DNA of 64,000 nt from Verrucomicrobiales bacterium. Lineage in GTDB: Bacteria > Verrucomicrobiota > Verrucomicrobiia > Verrucomicrobiales > V1-33. The DNA is taken from NCBI GenBank assembly GCA_031411295.1, contig JANOAV010000122.1, positions 28,466-92,465 of the forward strand, given 5' to 3'. Below the pieces are notes generated by a model. It did no database searches and was not told the origin of the DNA. It worked only from the letters and a program-made list of their open reading frames with translations. Made by a program: the position numbers and the translations under genes. Below, in pieces: positions 60,380 through 64,000 of this stretch (the stretch's first letter is position 1; every line of letters begins with the position of its first letter).

Positions 60380-62261
60380 GTGCGCTGTGGAGCTGCACAA
60401 CCCTCTGAGGTGGGAGACCTCAGCCGGTCTGGACCGTATCCAGGCCGAGAACTTGTAGTAACTGCGTCGTCGCGAGACGGGGTGGAGAGCAACGAAAAAG
60501 AACCTACCAGACCATAACATCAAGTGAACACGATTCGGCCAGAACCGACTGACGAGCCTACGAGTCAAAGGCGAAGTTCCGCTGCCCCCGGCAGCGGCTC
60601 TGCGATGCGTGCTACGGTTACATCACAGGGAGAGGTTAGGGTGGTTGGTGATAGTATGGTAGGCAAGGGTAGTGTAGTGAACACAGGAGATCTGTCGGGA
60701 CAGGAGAGCGCAAGCTCCCCGGCAGAAGTCAGAACCGCCATAGTAGCTGTGAAGTCGGGTAACTCCGATGGAGCCAAGGGCGGTAGGGAAGGAGATCCTT
60801 CAAGCGAAGGACACCGTGAAGCCCCCTCTGCGACAGTTCCGGCAACGGATATGCAAGCAGAAGCAAGCCTGTGGCAACGCCACAAAGCCCAACGCGGAGT
60901 CTGGAGCGAGAAGATGCTCATCGCCCTCGAAACGGGGGTTAAAGGAAACGTGTGGTTCAGCCTGATAGACAAAATCTATGCCGAACGAACCCTCGGACAA
61001 GCTTGGGAAAAGGTGCAATCCAACGCCGGGGCCTGTGGCATAGATGGCATCAGCATAGGGCACTTTGGCAAAGACAGCCAAACGCGTCTGCTCGACGTAA
61101 AAGAGCATTTAAGCAAAGGCACCTATGAACCCAAGCCAGTCAAACGGGTCATGATCCCCAAGCCCGGCAGCAGCGAGAAAAGACCGTTGGGAATACCAAC
61201 GGTTAGAGATCGCGTCGTGCAAACCGCCGCGAGAATGGTTATAGAGCCGATCTTCGAGCGAGAATTTGCCGAGCAGAGCTATGGATTTCGACCCGGACGT
61301 GGTTGTAAAGATGCCCTTCGACGCGTGGACGAACTGCTGCAAAGCGGCCTCACCCACGTTGTTGATGTGGATCTCAAAGCCTATTTCGACAGCATCCCGC
61401 ACGAGCGCCTCATGGCGTTAGTGCGAGCACGCATCGCAGATAGTCGAGTGCTTGCACTCATCGAAAGCTTCCTCAAGCAAAGAGTCATGGGCCCCTTAGG
61501 GTGGATCGACCCCGAAGAGCACGACGAAGGCACGCCACAAGGCGGCGTCATTAGTCCGCTCCTAGCCAACATCTATCTTAACCCATTGGACCACCTCATG
61601 AGCCAGCTAGGCTACGAAATGGTGCGTTACGCCGACGACATGGTCATCCTGTGTCCAAGCGCAGAAGCCGCCCAGAAAGCTCTAGCAACCTTGCGCGAAT
61701 GGACCACCGAAGCCGGACTTACCCTCCACCCCGAGAAAACCAAAATTGTGGATCTGGGACCACCCAAAGCGCATTTTGACTTCCTCGGGTATCGCTTCTG
61801 GCGCAGCCAAAAAGGAAGCACCTTGCGACGCTTCATCCGCCCGAAGAGTGTTCAAAAGTTCAAAGCCAGCCTCAAGCCACTAACCAAGCGAGCCAACGGG
61901 CACAGCCTCGAGGCCATTGCGAAGTTACTGCGCCCCAAGCTGGTAGGATTTTACGGATACTTCAAGCACGCCAGCGCGAGTGCCTTGGAAGTGCTAGACG
62001 GGTGGGTGCGTGGGCGAATGCGAGGCATCCTGCGCAAACGCGCCGGACTGCGAGGGAGAGGGCGAGGCCGAGACCACCAGAAATGGTCCAACCACTACTT
62101 TACCAAGCTTGGGCTCTACAGCCTGGCCACAGCCCAAGCCCAAGACATGAAGAGCCTGCGTCAAGCAGCCAACTCCTAACTGGAGAGCCGGATGCGGGAG
62201 ATCCGCCAGTCCGGTTCGGAGGGAGGGGCGGCGCAATCCAATGCGCTGTCCCTACCCCTAT
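60380..62261 (+). mobile_element. Group II intron, apparently full length
   Basis: 5' GTGCG; DIII-like GAAGTCAG..CATAGTAGC..GAAG..GGTAAC..GGAGCCAAGGG; DV GAGCCGGATGCGGGAGATCCGCCAGTCCGGTTC; DVI ending CCTACCCCTAT; boundaries confirmed by the reconstituted repeat. Confidence 0.93.
60851..62179 (+). CDS. ltrA: Group II intron reverse transcriptase/maturase (no endonuclease domain seen)
   Basis: RPLGIPTVRDR, SYGFRPGR, GTPQGGVISPLLANIYL, RYADD, FDFLGY; start uncertain because the ORF-track start at 60524 lies in structural RNA. Confidence 0.92.
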   Translation: MQAEASLWQRHKAQRGVWSEKMLIALETGVKGNVWFSLIDKIYAERTLGQAWEKVQSNAGACGIDGISIGHFGKDSQTRLLDVKEHLSKGTYEPKPVKRVMIPKPGSSEKRPLGIPTVRDRVVQTAARMVIEPIFEREFAEQSYGFRPGRGCKDALRRVDELLQSGLTHVVDVDLKAYFDSIPHERLMALVRARIADSRVLALIESFLKQRVMGPLGWIDPEEHDEGTPQGGVISPLLANIYLNPLDHLMSQLGYEMVRYADDMVILCPSAEAAQKALATLREWTTEAGLTLHPEKTKIVDLGPPKAHFDFLGYRFWRSQKGSTLRRFIRPKSVQKFKASLKPLTKRANGHSLEAIAKLLRPKLVGFYGYFKHASASALEVLDGWVRGRMRGILRKRAGLRGRGRGRDHQKWSNHYFTKLGLYSLATAQAQDMKSLRQAANS

Positions 62262-62309
62262 CTTGCTCGTGCGAGAATCCTCCGAGGATGTGGCCGAAGG
62301 GGGATGCGT

Positions 62310-63467
62310 TTACGCCCGGGCTGCCGCAGCACGCTGGTCCAGTTCATCCTTGATCGCCCGGGCATCCGTCAAGGCTTGCTCGACCGTGTCACCTAACACC
62401 GTAAAGTGGCCCATCTTGCGTTTCGGCAACGCGCGACGTTTGCCATACAAATGCAATTTGGCGCGCGGATGGTTTAACACGGGAGACCAATCGGGCGCGG
62501 TCATTTCGCCATACCAGACATCCCCCAGCAAGTTCACCATGACGGCGGGAGTATGCTGGCGGGTGCTGCCGACTTCCAGGCCGGAAACCGCGCGCAGTTG
62601 TTGTTCGAACTGATTGCAATCACAGGCGTCGATCGTGTGATGCCCGGAGTTGTGCGGGCGGGGCGCAATTTCATTGACAATGAGTTTGTTCGCCTTGGTG
62701 ACAAACAACTCCACCCCTAGCGTGCCAACGTATTGCAACGCCTCGGCTACCCGTCCCGCCAGCGCAATGGCCTCGGCCTGTAGCTCTGGGGAAATCCGTG
62801 CCGGAGCGATGGTCACGTCGAGGATGTGATGCTTGTGGATGTTCTCCCCCGGTGGAAACGCCGCAAAGTTTCCGTGCTGATCCCGCACGCCGATCACGGA
62901 GATCTCCATCACAAACTCCACCCATTGCTCTAACACGCCACGTGGAGCGCCAAACGCGCCCCAGATTTCTTCCAGATTCTCTCCCCCATTCAACTTCACC
63001 TGCCCCTTGCCATCATAGCCGAAGGCGGCGGTCTTTAGCACGCAGGGGGTCCCAATTTCACCCACGGCGGCGGCCAGACTTTCGGCACTGTCCACCACCC
63101 GGAACTCGGCATGAGATAATCCGTGTTGCTTGAGAAATCCTTTCTCGCGCTCCCGGTTCTGCGTGGTTTCCAGCGCCAACCTGGGCGGATAGATTTCCTT
63201 TCGCTGCTCCACCGCTTGGAGGAACCCGCTGGGGATGTTTTCAAACTCCATCGTCACGACATCGACCTGCTCAATGAAATTTGCTGTCGCCTCAGGATCG
63301 TAATAAGGCGCATTGATTTCCACATCTGCCAACTGGCCAGCCGGACTGGGCGGGTATTCGTCCGTAAAAATCACGACCCGATAGCCATTGCGCCGAGCCT
63401 CACGCGTCAACATCCGCCCCAGTTGACCTCCTCCGATGATGCCTAAGGTTTGTCCGGGGTTTAACAT
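62310..63467 (-). CDS. purK: N5-carboxyaminoimidazole ribonucleotide synthase
   Basis: GIIGGGQLGRM, EFENIP, GYDGKGQ, NEIAPRPHNSGH, HLYGK, RKMGH. Confidence 0.97.
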   Translation of the reverse strand: MLNPGQTLGIIGGGQLGRMLTREARRNGYRVVIFTDEYPPSPAGQLADVEINAPYYDPEATANFIEQVDVVTMEFENIPSGFLQAVEQRKEIYPPRLALETTQNREREKGFLKQHGLSHAEFRVVDSAESLAAAVGEIGTPCVLKTAAFGYDGKGQVKLNGGENLEEIWGAFGAPRGVLEQWVEFVMEISVIGVRDQHGNFAAFPPGENIHKHHILDVTIAPARISPELQAEAIALAGRVAEALQYVGTLGVELFVTKANKLIVNEIAPRPHNSGHHTIDACDCNQFEQQLRAVSGLEVGSTRQHTPAVMVNLLGDVWYGEMTAPDWSPVLNHPRAKLHLYGKRRALPKRKMGHFTVLGDTVEQALTDARAIKDELDQRAAAARA

Positions 63468-63737
63468 GGGAGTTGATTTTGGTTAGACACGAAGGCAACC
63501 CTTTCCGAAAGGGGGCGAGCAGATTGGCAGGAATTTATTAGCACGGGGAGCATGAATGGCACGGGAGGCGTTGAAACAGGGAGGTTAGAATGGCAGCATT
63601 ATGAAGCGGTGAAATGGAGCGTCAAGCGGCGGACTTTGGAGGCGACTTCAAATTCAACCCGGCCCTCGCAGGATTCCAGCAGTAATGAACCATTTTCCCG
63701 GGAGCGCCCCAGGCGACGCAGGAATGCAGGGACTGCT

Positions 63738-63998
63738 TTACATTTCCAGCATGGAAAAGAACAGCCCCGTGGGGTCACAGAAGAACGTCCGCATGTAGAG
63801 GCCGAAGGTGAACTCTATTTTTTCCAGGGTGTCTGGCATAATGTTGTGCGTCAGGGCAGCCTTGCTGTAGCTGGTGTAATGCGGGTCCAGATAGCCGGGA
63901 AATTGCACCTCCCCCACCGGAAATGGTTCTGCCGTCCACAAAGGAGTCGGGGCGGCCCGCCCCGATGATTCATCTGCCAATTCCAAGTCGGGGCGAGC
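63738..63998 (-). CDS. Hypothetical protein, C-terminal part (5' end outside window)
   Basis: Frame is open to the window edge; no recognisable motif. Confidence 0.4.
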   Translation of the reverse strand, partial: ARPDLELADESSGRAAPTPLWTAEPFPVGEVQFPGYLDPHYTSYSKAALTHNIMPDTLEKIEFTFGLYMRTFFCDPTGLFFSMLEM

Positions 63999-64000
63999 CG

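Noticed and set aside
60524..60850. 109-aa N-terminal extension of the RT in the ORF track
   Set aside because: Overlaps intron structural domains I-III; probably a fortuitously open frame
24726..62179. Diversity-generating retroelement (Avd-like four-helix bundle + RT + large adhesin)
   Set aside because: The RT has group II intron motifs (GTPQGG, YADD) inside a full ribozyme, lies 35 kb from the bundle gene, and no TR/VR pair differing at adenines was seen
63490..63525. GGCAA-CCCTTTCC-GAAA-GGGGG hairpin resembling a c-di-GMP-I riboswitch
   Set aside because: Lacks the following GCAAAGC and second stem, and is antisense to the purK leader; at most a simple hairpin

Overview
A GC-rich bacterial window, most likely from Verrucomicrobiota/PVC. 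This is inferred from a PEP-CTERM protein, several PQQ-like beta-propellers, a PVC-type CxxCH haem protein, DUF1080/ThuA proteins and a verrucomicrobial-style secretin-like protein. The backbone carries cstA, ppdK, purK, an AddA/UvrD helicase-nuclease, a FabF-like synthase, SDR/GNAT genes and a putative sugar-oxidation cluster. Notable accessory content: (1) a 4876-aa protein with a type IV prepilin N-terminus, 2x319-aa Ig-like units and about 16 tandem ~250-aa propeller-like modules, directly downstream of a pelF-pelG pair that lacks the other pel genes in this window; (2) a small, visibly lower-GC island after the ppdK terminator, with a frameshifted GNAT-like gene, a 1458-aa NACHT/STAND NTPase ending in a PD-(D/E)xK nuclease-like domain, and a truncated four-helix-bundle gene; (3) a complete group II intron (60380-62261) that splits one arm of a REP-like inverted repeat, 4 nt after a hairpin; (4) a nested-palindrome REP/MITE-like element at 11472-11765; (5) an XylR-type regulator frameshifted by one extra copy of a 7-bp repeat. 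No rRNA, tRNA or CRISPR array was seen. Family calls come from motif recognition by eye, not from database searches.
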